NCBI GenBank assembly: GCA_963829705.1 | Contig: CAWHJN010000002.1 | Location: 162,954-226,953, forward strand | From: Rhodothermales bacterium | GTDB taxonomy: Bacteria > Bacteroidota > Rhodothermia > Rhodothermales > BA12 | Length of the DNA: 64,000 bases | Reading direction: 5' to 3' | Part shown: positions 27,617 through 36,334 of the stretch, one piece after another | Numbering within the stretch: the first letter of the stretch is position 1 | Layout: each line of letters opens with the position of its first letter | Program-made: the position numbers and the translations under genes | Notes under the pieces: generated by a model | What the model saw: only the letters and a program-made list of their open reading frames with translations | The model's database searches: none | Told to the model about the DNA's origin: nothing

Positions 27617-28084
27617 TCAGACGAACCGGACGCGTTCGGCGGGTGTGGGCAACCGGCACGTCTCGCGCCTGCCGAACCAGCGGTAGCGGTGCGCGGCGAC
27701 GATACGGTACACGGCGTCGCGCAGCGGCGGCGGGACGAGGATGAAGGCGTACAGCAGCAGCCACGCGCCTGGCAGGCCCCTCGCAATCCGCAGCGCCGCC
27801 GTCGAACGCTCGTGGAGTCCGTCGGCATCGATGAGCACGAGGGTGTCAGGCGTGTCCGGGAGATCGAGTCCGCGCTTTTTCAGGTAGGCGGTGGCCACGT
27901 CGGATTGCAGCGAGGCGAAGGCGAAGCGCCCTGCCGCATCGCGCCGGAGGATAAAATCGACGGCGGCGTTGCAGAGCGTGCAGACGCCATCGAACAGGAT
28001 GACGGCTTCGCCTGCCTCCACACGGCGTTCGATGCGCGACGCGGGCGTATCGAGCAGCGTGCCGGATGAAGAAGGGACACTCAC
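27617..28084 (-). CDS. thiol-disulfide oxidoreductase DCC (DUF393) family protein
   Basis: ILFDGVCTLCNAAVDFILRRD...FASLQS carries the DCC motif. The start is uncertain. I chose the GTG at 28084 because the next gene upstream ends at 28095. Confidence 0.7.
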   Translation of the reverse strand: MSVPSSSGTLLDTPASRIERRVEAGEAVILFDGVCTLCNAAVDFILRRDAAGRFAFASLQSDVATAYLKKRGLDLPDTPDTLVLIDADGLHERSTAALRIARGLPGAWLLLYAFILVPPPLRDAVYRIVAAHRYRWFGRRETCRLPTPAERVRFV

Positions 28085-28094
28085 ACGGGGGCGG

Positions 28095-30548
28095 TTATTC
28101 GAGGAAAAGATCCTGCGTACGCGACTCGGTGCGGCCGCTGACCTGATCGCGCAGCCGCAGCGTGAGCGTGTAGAGGCCGGGCTCTTGGTCGGCCACGTCG
28201 AGGATCTGGTACTCGGCCAGGTCGGGCTGATTGCCCGAGCCGGGAAAGCGCAGCGAGACGCCGTCCTTGCGCGAGAACAGCTTTCCGACGGCGCGGGCGA
28301 TGCCCTTGCGCGTGTCGCGCGGTGCGAGTTCGACCTCGACCTCGTACTGCGTCTGGCCGTCACTGCCGAGGCCGAGGTGGTAGGCTTCGTAGTAGAGGTA
28401 GAGCGGCTGATTGCGACGAAACACGCTCCACGGCGCGGGTCGGATGGAGAGGCTGCCGCGCACGATGTCGCCCGGCGCTGCCGCCGCGCCCCCATCGACT
28501 TCCTCGACGCGGTAAGCCAGCAGGAGGTCACTCAGCGCGAGGCGGTCGCCGCTGAAATCGGGGACGGTGACGGCACGGCGCTGCACGCCCATCGTGCTGC
28601 CGCTGGCCGTCTCGAACTCCACCGACAGCGTGTTCTCGCCCGGCGGCGCTTCCATCTTCTGCGAGTCCACCCACAGGTTGGCCTCCTCGAAGCGCACGAT
28701 CTGGTCGGTGCGGAGCCCGTAGAGCGTGCGCCGCCGCTCGACGAGTACATCGCGCACGGGCGAGACGAGGAAGGTGCCCACGTTGGCCGTCACGTCCACC
28801 AGCTCGGTGCTCGGGTCGTAGTCGGGAATGGAGACGCCGTAGTGCACGTATACGTCCGTCGCGCCCCCATCGCCGCGGAAGCTGGTGACGAGGTACGGCA
28901 GTTCGATGCGCCGCCCGGCGGGCTCGAAGTTGTACTGCTGCGGCATCCGCCGCTCGATCTCGCGGGCGATCATCACGTAATCGTTGATCCACGGATCGAC
29001 GCCCTTGGCGAGTTCGTGGCCGGGCGGACTGTAGAGCCGGAAGGCGTCGTTGCGGAACGGGTCTTCGAAGACGAAGCGGAAGGTGCCGTAATCCCAGATG
29101 TTGTAGGTGTTGAGTGCCTCGTAATCGCGCGCCAGGTCGGTTTCATACGCCTTGATGTCGTTACGCTGCATGGGCGGCGGCACGGGGTTCAGGTCGCCGC
29201 TGCCGTTGCCCTCGCCCTCGCCGGGGCCGCGCGCCTCCTCCATCTCCCGCTGAAACGCGAGGGTCGAACTGTACGGGTTTTCGAGCGCCGAGGCGACGCG
29301 CCCGAGAGGCCCGTTGGGCACGATGTAGACCTCTTTCTGCGGCGGCCCGTAGCGGACGAGGATGTTGCCGCGCTGCGTCTCCCATCCGCGCAGCTTCAGC
29401 GCGGGGGCGCTGTAGAGCACGTCGGCCTGGGTGAGACGCGCGAAGTGCTCGAGGCGGCGCTCGTTGTAGGAGGTCAGCAGGCGCGGATCTTCAGACGTCC
29501 AGAACTGCTGCGCGTAGGCCGCCGGGCTGGCGAAATACGCCTTGCGCTCGTCGGGCGTCAGCAGGAGTTGGATGTCCTCGTAGGCGGCGACTTCGTCGTC
29601 GGTCATGAACGTCATCGCCGTGCGGAAAGAGCGGTCAGCGGCGGCGGCGTTGCCCGCGCGGAGGTGCGCCAGGCCGAGATAGAGCCACGTGCCGGGGTCT
29701 TCGGGAAACTGCGCGTACATCGCCTCCAGGCGTTCGAGTGCCGCCTCCCAGTCGCCCTTGAGCGTGTAGATCCGCATGAAATCGTCGTAGACGGGACGGC
29801 GGCGCGGGTCGGATTCGAGGGCCTTTTCGAGGTGGCCGATGGCCCTGTCGTACGCGTTCTGCGCCCGGCGCGCATACGTGACGACGGGCACGCCGAGGTC
29901 TTCGAGCGCTCCGATGTCGAATTGATCGGCGAGAAAGACATCGCTCGGATCGAAGACGCCCGGATCGAACGTCTGGCCCACCGTATTGCCGTCTTCGTCG
30001 ATCAGCGGCTCGCCTGTCAGATCCGCCTGCCCCACCTGGCGCGTCAGCAGCGGGTAGGAGATGGCATTGCGGTAGCGCCAGAAATCCTTGATGTAGAGCC
30101 GCCCGAGTTCTTCGTGGGCGATGCCGTTGTCGGGTTCTCGCTTGAGGATCTTCTGCGCCAGTTCGACGCGCTTCTGCTCGCGGATCTTGTCTTCGATGAA
30201 CGTGAGGCGGTCGGCGCGCAGCAGCAGCAGGTGAGCCGTCAGGTAGTCGGTGTTGTCGGGGTCGGCTTTGAGGGCGGCGTCGAGGGCGCGGCGGGCGCGG
30301 CCTTCGTCGGCGAGGGGCGTCTCGGTGTAGAGGCGGGCCAGCAGGTACTGCGCGCCCGCGTCGCCGGGGTTGGCTTTGAGGTGCCGTTCGAGCAGCGCGA
30401 GGGCGTCGGCGTAGCGCGCATCGCGGAAGGCGTCTTCGGCCTGTGCCACAGGCGAGGGTGGCGGCGCCGAGGAGGTCTGCGCGGCGGCAACGAACACCGG
30501 CAACGCGCAGACGGCGGCCAGCAGGAGGAGGCGGTGCAGGGTGCCCAT
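28095..30548 (-). CDS. GWxTD domain-containing protein with N-terminal TPR repeats
   Basis: The start MGTLHRLLLLAAVCALPVFVAAAQ is a signal peptide. TPR-like repeats follow, and LKLRGWETQRGNILVRYGPP is the GWxTD motif. Confidence 0.8.
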   Translation of the reverse strand: MGTLHRLLLLAAVCALPVFVAAAQTSSAPPPSPVAQAEDAFRDARYADALALLERHLKANPGDAGAQYLLARLYTETPLADEGRARRALDAALKADPDNTDYLTAHLLLLRADRLTFIEDKIREQKRVELAQKILKREPDNGIAHEELGRLYIKDFWRYRNAISYPLLTRQVGQADLTGEPLIDEDGNTVGQTFDPGVFDPSDVFLADQFDIGALEDLGVPVVTYARRAQNAYDRAIGHLEKALESDPRRRPVYDDFMRIYTLKGDWEAALERLEAMYAQFPEDPGTWLYLGLAHLRAGNAAAADRSFRTAMTFMTDDEVAAYEDIQLLLTPDERKAYFASPAAYAQQFWTSEDPRLLTSYNERRLEHFARLTQADVLYSAPALKLRGWETQRGNILVRYGPPQKEVYIVPNGPLGRVASALENPYSSTLAFQREMEEARGPGEGEGNGSGDLNPVPPPMQRNDIKAYETDLARDYEALNTYNIWDYGTFRFVFEDPFRNDAFRLYSPPGHELAKGVDPWINDYVMIAREIERRMPQQYNFEPAGRRIELPYLVTSFRGDGGATDVYVHYGVSIPDYDPSTELVDVTANVGTFLVSPVRDVLVERRRTLYGLRTDQIVRFEEANLWVDSQKMEAPPGENTLSVEFETASGSTMGVQRRAVTVPDFSGDRLALSDLLLAYRVEEVDGGAAAAPGDIVRGSLSIRPAPWSVFRRNQPLYLYYEAYHLGLGSDGQTQYEVEVELAPRDTRKGIARAVGKLFSRKDGVSLRFPGSGNQPDLAEYQILDVADQEPGLYTLTLRLRDQVSGRTESRTQDLFLE

Positions 30549-30574
30549 GAACACGGGATGGATAAAGGTGCGTT

Positions 30575-32521
30575 TCACTGATCGGAAGGGTTCTCGGACA
30601 TACCCGAGGGCGCTCGTAGAACGACCGAACACGCCGTTTGTGCGCGCCTCCCGTCGGCATCGCGGACTGAGAGGCGGATCGTATACGCGCCGGGCGCGGC
30701 ATCGGCAGTGTCGAGCACGTAGTACGAACGCGCCGTAGCGTTCCGCGCCGTCTCCTCGAACCGAACGGCGACAGGCGAGCGCCGTGTGCGCCCGAACAGC
30801 CGCCTCCGCCCCTCGCCGATCCTCTCGATCTCAACCTCGTAGGGCGCACCGGGATGGAGGTTATACACTTCGACGTACAGGTACAGCGGGACGCCCGTCT
30901 GAAACACCCCGTCTGGCGCGGGCGCCACGGCCATGCCGCCTCGCGCGAACGTACCGGCGGCAGCCGATCTGCCTTCCTCCACCCACCGCGCGGGTACCAG
31001 CGAACTCAGCGCGAGCACGCCCGTCAGCGGCGCGACGCTGACCGAATCCTGCGTGACGGCCACGATGTCGCCACGTTGCTGCTCGGCCTGCACCCGGTAC
31101 GCGCCGGGCGCGAGCGCACCGCCAAAAACCTGTACGTCGCCCACCTCTGCCTGCCCGAGACTCTTCAGCTTCTCCACGCCGCCCTCCGACACAGCAAACG
31201 CCTGCATCGGAGCCGCATTCCCAGACTGCGCCGCCAGCACGACGGCGGGCGCTTCACCGTCGGGAAACACGTACGCGGCCAGTACGCCGAGGTCTTCCAC
31301 ACCGGGGACGACCATGCGCTCCGGCATTCTTCGGTAGAGCGACCGGGCGATGAGGGTGTAGTCGTTCGGCGCGTCGGAGCCGGAGAAGGCCGAGGCGGGC
31401 GGCGAGTAGTACTTGAACTGACCGCTCACGAACCAGTCCTGAAAAACCATCTGGAAGTCGCCGTAGTCCCACGCCGCGAGCCGTCCTTCGGAGGGCGACA
31501 CGAACGGGCCGTAGCCGGAGAGCGCGCCGGGCACGTCGGCAGGCAGGCCGTAGCGCACGAGCATCGCACCGCGCTTGGTGTCGGAGCCGGGCGTCGCGCC
31601 TTCGCCGAAGAACAGATCCGCGAGGGCCAGCCGTGCCAGGTGCTCCGTCCACCGCTCGTTGGCGGGCGTCGAGAGCAGCGGGTCGCGGTTGGCCCAGAAC
31701 ACTTCCGCCTCGACGCTGTCCGCGCCGGGCGCACGCACCCGCGCTGGATCGCGCCACCGCGCCTTTTCGGCCTCGCTGGCCTGCTCGACGGATTTGCCAA
31801 ACGCTCCGGCGGCTCGTTCATCCCCCTCGAACCACAGGGCCAGACCGTGCCAGCGCCACGCCTCGGCGCGGTCGGGGTCGGCGGCGGCCCAGCGCTCGGT
31901 GAGGCGGCGGGCGTCTCCGGTGTGCATCGTGAGCAGCGCCAGGCGCAGGCGCTCGCGCTGCGCGGCGTCACGCGGGTCGAGCGCGAGCAGCGTGTCGAGG
32001 CAGGCGGCGGCTTCGTCGTAGCGGCGCTCAATGCCTTTCGCTTCCACCGGCACCGCCGTCGTGCCGATGCGCCACCCGATGTCATCGAGGCCGCTCTGCC
32101 CGCACGCCCGCAGCGCGGCGGGGTCGCGCGGGTCCTGCCGCAGCAGCCGCCGGCTCACGCTGTGGAGCGTCTCCATCGTCTCGAAGCGCGCGGCACCGGA
32201 ATCTTCGTAGGCCATCCGTAACCGGAGGCGCAGCAGACCGGTGTGGTCGGCGTCGCGCAGCAGGCCGCGGTAGACGTATTCGCGCGCCGCGGCCCGGTCG
32301 GGCAGCTCTTCGTCGAGGTGGAACCGGGCCAGCGCCGCCAGCACGTCGGGGTCGCGGGGAGCGGCGCGCTGCGCGGTTCGCAGATGAGCACGCGCCGCAT
32401 CGAGGCGGTGCGCGTCGAGCGCCCGGACGCCGGCATCCAACGCCGACTGCGCCGCTGCGCCGGGCAGGGCGAGACAGAAGACAAAAGCGAGGACGAGGGC
32501 GGCACGCATTCCCGTAATCAC
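30575..32521 (-). CDS. GWxTD-family paralogue (motif variant GSDTKRG) with TPR-like N-terminus
   Basis: It has a signal peptide (MRAALVLAFVFCLALPGAAAQ), the segment GSDTKRGAMLVRYGLP, and a C-terminal region co-linear with the downstream paralogue (PLYLYVEVY vs PLYLYYEAY; PGAYTIRLSVRD vs PGLYTLTLRLRD). Confidence 0.7.
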   Translation of the reverse strand: MITGMRAALVLAFVFCLALPGAAAQSALDAGVRALDAHRLDAARAHLRTAQRAAPRDPDVLAALARFHLDEELPDRAAAREYVYRGLLRDADHTGLLRLRLRMAYEDSGAARFETMETLHSVSRRLLRQDPRDPAALRACGQSGLDDIGWRIGTTAVPVEAKGIERRYDEAAACLDTLLALDPRDAAQRERLRLALLTMHTGDARRLTERWAAADPDRAEAWRWHGLALWFEGDERAAGAFGKSVEQASEAEKARWRDPARVRAPGADSVEAEVFWANRDPLLSTPANERWTEHLARLALADLFFGEGATPGSDTKRGAMLVRYGLPADVPGALSGYGPFVSPSEGRLAAWDYGDFQMVFQDWFVSGQFKYYSPPASAFSGSDAPNDYTLIARSLYRRMPERMVVPGVEDLGVLAAYVFPDGEAPAVVLAAQSGNAAPMQAFAVSEGGVEKLKSLGQAEVGDVQVFGGALAPGAYRVQAEQQRGDIVAVTQDSVSVAPLTGVLALSSLVPARWVEEGRSAAAGTFARGGMAVAPAPDGVFQTGVPLYLYVEVYNLHPGAPYEVEIERIGEGRRRLFGRTRRSPVAVRFEETARNATARSYYVLDTADAAPGAYTIRLSVRDADGRRAQTACSVVLRAPSGMSENPSDQ

Positions 32522-32566
32522 GGTGCTACCGCACGAGCCGTCAAGTCCATTCTCACGCCCCGTCGT

Positions 32567-32989
32567 CTATTCCCCCACGAGCGTCAGCACCAGGGTGCGC
32601 GGTGTCCCGTGCGCGCGGTGTTCGCCGAGGTAGATGCCCTGCCACGTGCCCAGCAGCATCTTCCCCCGCCCGACGGGAATGGTGACGCTCGAGCCCATCG
32701 TGACGGCTTTGACGTGCGCGCTCATGTCGTCCGGGCCTTCGAGGGTGTGTTGGAAGTAGGACGCGGCGTCGGGGATCGTCTGGCGGAAGTGCGCTTCGAG
32801 GTCAGCGCGCACGTCGGGGTCAGCGTTTTCGTTGAGGCAGAGCGAGGCCGACGTGTGCTGGATGAAGACGTGCAGCACGCCTGCTTCCACCTGCGGCATC
32901 GCAGAGAGCGCCTCGGTCACCTCGCCGGTGATGAGGTGGAAGCCCCGCGAACGAGGGCACAGCGTGAGCGTTTTCTGGTGCGCAGGCAT
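32567..32989 (-). CDS. YjbQ/UPF0047 family protein (secondary thiamine-phosphate synthase)
   Basis: 140 aa. HTSASLCLNENADPDVRADLE and GTWQGIYLGEHR are present. Confidence 0.85.
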   Translation of the reverse strand: MPAHQKTLTLCPRSRGFHLITGEVTEALSAMPQVEAGVLHVFIQHTSASLCLNENADPDVRADLEAHFRQTIPDAASYFQHTLEGPDDMSAHVKAVTMGSSVTIPVGRGKMLLGTWQGIYLGEHRAHGTPRTLVLTLVGE

Positions 32990-33110
32990 AGGCGGAAGGT
33001 AGGGGTACGGGTCGGCCCGCAGGTAACCGAGGCGTTACGCCAGGGCGCATTTTACTCCCCTATACTGAACCTCATCTCTGTCCGCTTTCCACCTCTGTTC
33101 CCATACGATT

Positions 33111-33602
33111 ATGGCCACCATGCCCACCAAACACTATACCGCTGCGCCTCAGATGGCCATCGACCCGAGCCGCACTTACAAGGCGACCATCGAGACGGAC
33201 AAGGGCGACATCGAACTCGAACTCTACGCGCAGCACGCGCCCACCACCGTCAACAACTTCGTCACGCTCGCCAACGACGGCTTCTACGACGGCGTGACGT
33301 TCCACCGCGTCATCCCCAACTTCATGATCCAGGGCGGCGACCCCACGGGCACGGGGCGCGGCGGGCCGGGCTACCAGTTCAAGGACGAATTCCACCAGAA
33401 CCCGCTGCGCCACGAGCGCGGCGTGATCTCGATGGCGAACGCGGGCCCCAACACGAACGGCAGCCAGTTTTTCATCACTCACGCCCCCCAGCCTCACCTC
33501 GACGGGCGCCACACGGTTTTCGGCAAAGTGACGAAGGGCATGGACGTGGTCGATAGCATCGAGCAAGGCGATCACATGACGACCGTCAAGATCGCCGACT
33601 GA
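33111..33602 (+). CDS. peptidylprolyl isomerase, cyclophilin type
   Basis: 163 aa. [25 protein letters not shown] and [17 protein letters not shown] are present. Confidence 0.93.
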   Translation: MATMPTKHYTAAPQMAIDPSRTYKATIETDKGDIELELYAQHAPTTVNNFVTLANDGFYDGVTFHRVIPNFMIQGGDPTGTGRGGPGYQFKDEFHQNPLRHERGVISMANAGPNTNGSQFFITHAPQPHLDGRHTVFGKVTKGMDVVDSIEQGDHMTTVKIAD

Positions 33603-33625
33603 CCCCCCGCGCTCCCCTCGGAGAG

Positions 33626-33659
33626 GAAGCCCTCTCGCCCTGTCCGGCGAGGGGGCTTC
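33626..33659. terminator. 14-bp GC-rich hairpin between convergent genes
   Basis: GAAGCCCUCUCGCC (33626-33639) pairs with GGCGAGGGGGCUUC (33646-33659), followed by UGCGUUUUA on the plus strand. Confidence 0.7.
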
Positions 33660-33665
33660 TGCGTT

Positions 33666-34268
33666 TTACCTATCTGGACGCCGTGACACGCGCATCGAGA
33701 ATACGCGACCGTCCCGGATTTCGAAGGAAAGCGGCCACGGCGTGTAGCCCCATAAATGTCCTTCGATCCCTTCTCCTATCGGGTGCTCCATTCTCGGCCC
33801 ACCCAATTGCGACACCACGCGCTCCTCAGGATCTCCCAGGCGAATGAGCGAAAGATGAAACTCGTCCGGCATGGATTCGCCCGTCAACTGCACGGCAACG
33901 ACCGTATCGCGCTGCGTGGTGAGAACCAGATAAGGAGCGGTCTCCGAATCGCTCTCGAACAGGTAGACCGTGCTGATGCTACCGTCGCTGTTCGGGATGA
34001 CCTTGTATGCCTCAGTGAGCCAATCTTGATAGGCAGCTGCCCGCGATCCTACTTGGAGCGGCCCGATGTGCAGACACGACACGTAGGCTACAGACGGATC
34101 GTGGGGATCGTCCTCAACAGGCCAGTCGCTTGGGGTGACGCATCCAAGACCCCCTCCTGCGCCCACAAAAACGTGATCCTGGATTCTCGGATCGATTTGC
34201 TCTGCTTGCGCCACAGCGAACCGCGTGCCGACCAGCAAACCACACAGCAGAAGCGCACTTCGCCTCAT
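33666..34268 (-). CDS. hypothetical secreted protein, translationally coupled to parB, with lower G+C
   Basis: 200 aa with signal peptide MRRSALLLCGLLVGTRFAVAQA. Its ATG overlaps the parB TGA (ATGA). I recognise no family. Confidence 0.6.
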   Translation of the reverse strand: MRRSALLLCGLLVGTRFAVAQAEQIDPRIQDHVFVGAGGGLGCVTPSDWPVEDDPHDPSVAYVSCLHIGPLQVGSRAAAYQDWLTEAYKVIPNSDGSISTVYLFESDSETAPYLVLTTQRDTVVAVQLTGESMPDEFHLSLIRLGDPEERVVSQLGGPRMEHPIGEGIEGHLWGYTPWPLSFEIRDGRVFSMRVSRRPDR

Positions 34269-35221
34269 GCACCGAGTGCGTCGAGGATGCGCTCGAGGTC
34301 GTCGTCGGAGTAGTAGGCGATCTCGATTTTGCCGCCGTGGTCGCCTTTGTGCTTGATGGCAACCTGCGTGCTCAACCGCGAGCGGAGGCGGTCGGCGAAG
34401 CGGCGGAGTTCGAGGTCGTCGCGCGTGGGCGGGGCGGAAGTGGCGGGTTCGGGCGTAGTCGCGCGGGCTGCAGGCTGCTCTTTCGCCTCGCGCACGGCAT
34501 CCTCCACGTCACGGACGGTCATGCCCTCGTCCTGGATGCGTTTGAGCATCTCGTACTGCGTGGCCTCGTCGTCGAGTCCCAGCAGCGCGCGGGCGTGGCC
34601 GACGCTCAGCGAGTTGTCACGCAAACTCGCCTGCACTTTGGGCGGCAGCCGGAGCAGGCGGATGAAGTTGGTGACCGTCGCCCGGTTTTTGCCCACCTTC
34701 TGCGCCACGTCCTCCTGCTTCAGCCCACACTCCTCGATGAGTCGGTGGTAGCCGAGGGCAATCTCGATGGGGTTGAGCGCCTCGCGCTGCACGTTCTCGA
34801 CAATCGCCATCTCCAGCATCGCTTCCGTGTCAGCGTCGCGGACGTAGGCGGGAATGCGGCGCACGCCCGCCCGCCGCGAGGCGCGCAGACGCCGCTCGCC
34901 CGAGATGATCTCGAACTGCCCGCCGCCCATCGCGCGGACGGTGATGGGCTGGATGATGCCGAGTTGCACGATGGACGCGGCGAGTTCATCCAGCGCGTGC
35001 TCGTCGAAGTCGCGGCGCGGCTGGTACGGGTTGGGGCGGATGTTCTCGACATCGATCTCGGCGACGCGCCCGAGAAAACGCACGCGCTCCTCGAAGTTGT
35101 ACAACTTGCTCGGCGGCGTTTCGCCTTCGCCGTGCATCTCGGGCGAGACGTCGGGCGGGGTGGACAAGAGCGCATTGAGGCCGCGACCGAGGGCTGCTCC
35201 TTTTTTCGACATGGTGGACAT
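34265..35221 (-). CDS. parB: chromosome partitioning protein ParB
   Basis: 318 aa. NPYQPRRDFDEHALDELAASIVQLGIIQPITVR, ISGERRLRAS and an HTH segment are present. Confidence 0.92.
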   Translation of the reverse strand: MSTMSKKGAALGRGLNALLSTPPDVSPEMHGEGETPPSKLYNFEERVRFLGRVAEIDVENIRPNPYQPRRDFDEHALDELAASIVQLGIIQPITVRAMGGGQFEIISGERRLRASRRAGVRRIPAYVRDADTEAMLEMAIVENVQREALNPIEIALGYHRLIEECGLKQEDVAQKVGKNRATVTNFIRLLRLPPKVQASLRDNSLSVGHARALLGLDDEATQYEMLKRIQDEGMTVRDVEDAVREAKEQPAARATTPEPATSAPPTRDDLELRRFADRLRSRLSTQVAIKHKGDHGGKIEIAYYSDDDLERILDALGA

Positions 35222-35241
35222 CAGGGATCGGGGAAAAGAGG

Positions 35242-36126
35242 TCAGCCGGCGTAGCCCGTCCGGCGGGCAGACGGATCGACGGATGGGCTGCCGCCGTCGC
35301 CGTAGCCGTTGATGCGCGAGGCGCGGATGCCGTCTTCCTGCGTCGGCGGCGGCGCGAGGTAGCGCTGGTTGTTGCGGATCACCTCGCGGGCGAGCCCCAT
35401 GTAGTTGCGCGTGCCGATAGATGTGGCGTCGTAGAGGAGCACGGGCTTGCCGAAACTCGGCGCTTCCGACAGGCGCACGTTGCGCTGCACGATGGTCTTG
35501 AACACCTTGTCGCCGAAGTAGCGGCGGACTTCGTCGGCCACCTGGTTCGACAGCCGCAGGCGCGAGTCGAACATCGTCAGCAAAACCCCTTCGATTTCGA
35601 GGTCGGGGTTGAGGTGCTGCCGCACCATCTTGATGGTGTTGAGCAGCTGCCCCAGCCCTTCGAGCGCGAAATACTCGGCCTGCACGGGCACGAGCACGGA
35701 ATCCGACGCCGTCAGCGCGTTGAGCGTCAAAAGCCCCAGGCTCGGCGGGCAGTCGATGACGATGAAGTCGTACTTGCGGCGCGCCTGGGCGAGCGCGTTT
35801 TTGAGGATCCGCTCGCGCTCGACCACGTCGATCATCTCGATCTCCGCGCCGACGAGGTCGATGCGCGACGGGATGAGGTCGAGAAACGGCATCTCCGTGT
35901 GGAGGATGGCCTCCTCCGCCGACGTGTGGCCGATGAGCAGTTCGTACGCCGACGCCGGCACCGTCCGCGGGTCGATGCCGATGCCCGACGACGCGTTGGC
36001 CTGCGGGTCGAAATCGAGCAGCAGCGTCGGGTGCTCCGCCGCCGCGAGCGACGACGCGAGGTTGACAGAAGTGGTTGTTTTGCCGACGCCTCCTTTCTGG
36101 TTGGCGACTGCAATGACTTTACCCAT
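35242..36126 (-). CDS. parA: chromosome partitioning ATPase ParA/Soj
   Basis: MGKVIAVANQKGGVGKTTTSVNLA is the deviant Walker A, and DFIVIDCPPSLG is present. There is a C-terminal extension of about 40 aa. Confidence 0.92.
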   Translation of the reverse strand: MGKVIAVANQKGGVGKTTTSVNLASSLAAAEHPTLLLDFDPQANASSGIGIDPRTVPASAYELLIGHTSAEEAILHTEMPFLDLIPSRIDLVGAEIEMIDVVERERILKNALAQARRKYDFIVIDCPPSLGLLTLNALTASDSVLVPVQAEYFALEGLGQLLNTIKMVRQHLNPDLEIEGVLLTMFDSRLRLSNQVADEVRRYFGDKVFKTIVQRNVRLSEAPSFGKPVLLYDATSIGTRNYMGLAREVIRNNQRYLAPPPTQEDGIRASRINGYGDGGSPSVDPSARRTGYAG

Positions 36127-36334
36127 GCGAGCGGAGGGCTACGGCGACCGAGACGTTGCGAGGTGCCCGGCAATGTAGGCATTGCCCACGCAGGGAAAAA
36201 GGCGAACCGCGCATCTTCACCAGAGCCGGACGCCCGGCAGGCCGCCGCGTACGTCGCGGCGTTTCAACGACTTGCGCGCGCGGAGCGCCGCCCGGAGCAG
36301 GGCGTTAACTTGGCCGCTCCACCGCCCTTTTTGC

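Noticed and set aside
34265-36334. A parS centromere site or oriC features near parAB.
   Set aside because: I saw no TGTTNCACGTGAAACA-like 16-mer in or around parAB. The nearest look-alikes are CACGTGAAGAAAG at about 52841 and TGTTTCACCGCG at about 41448, and both lack the second half-site. I saw no TTATCCACA-type DnaA boxes in the 36127-36334 spacer.
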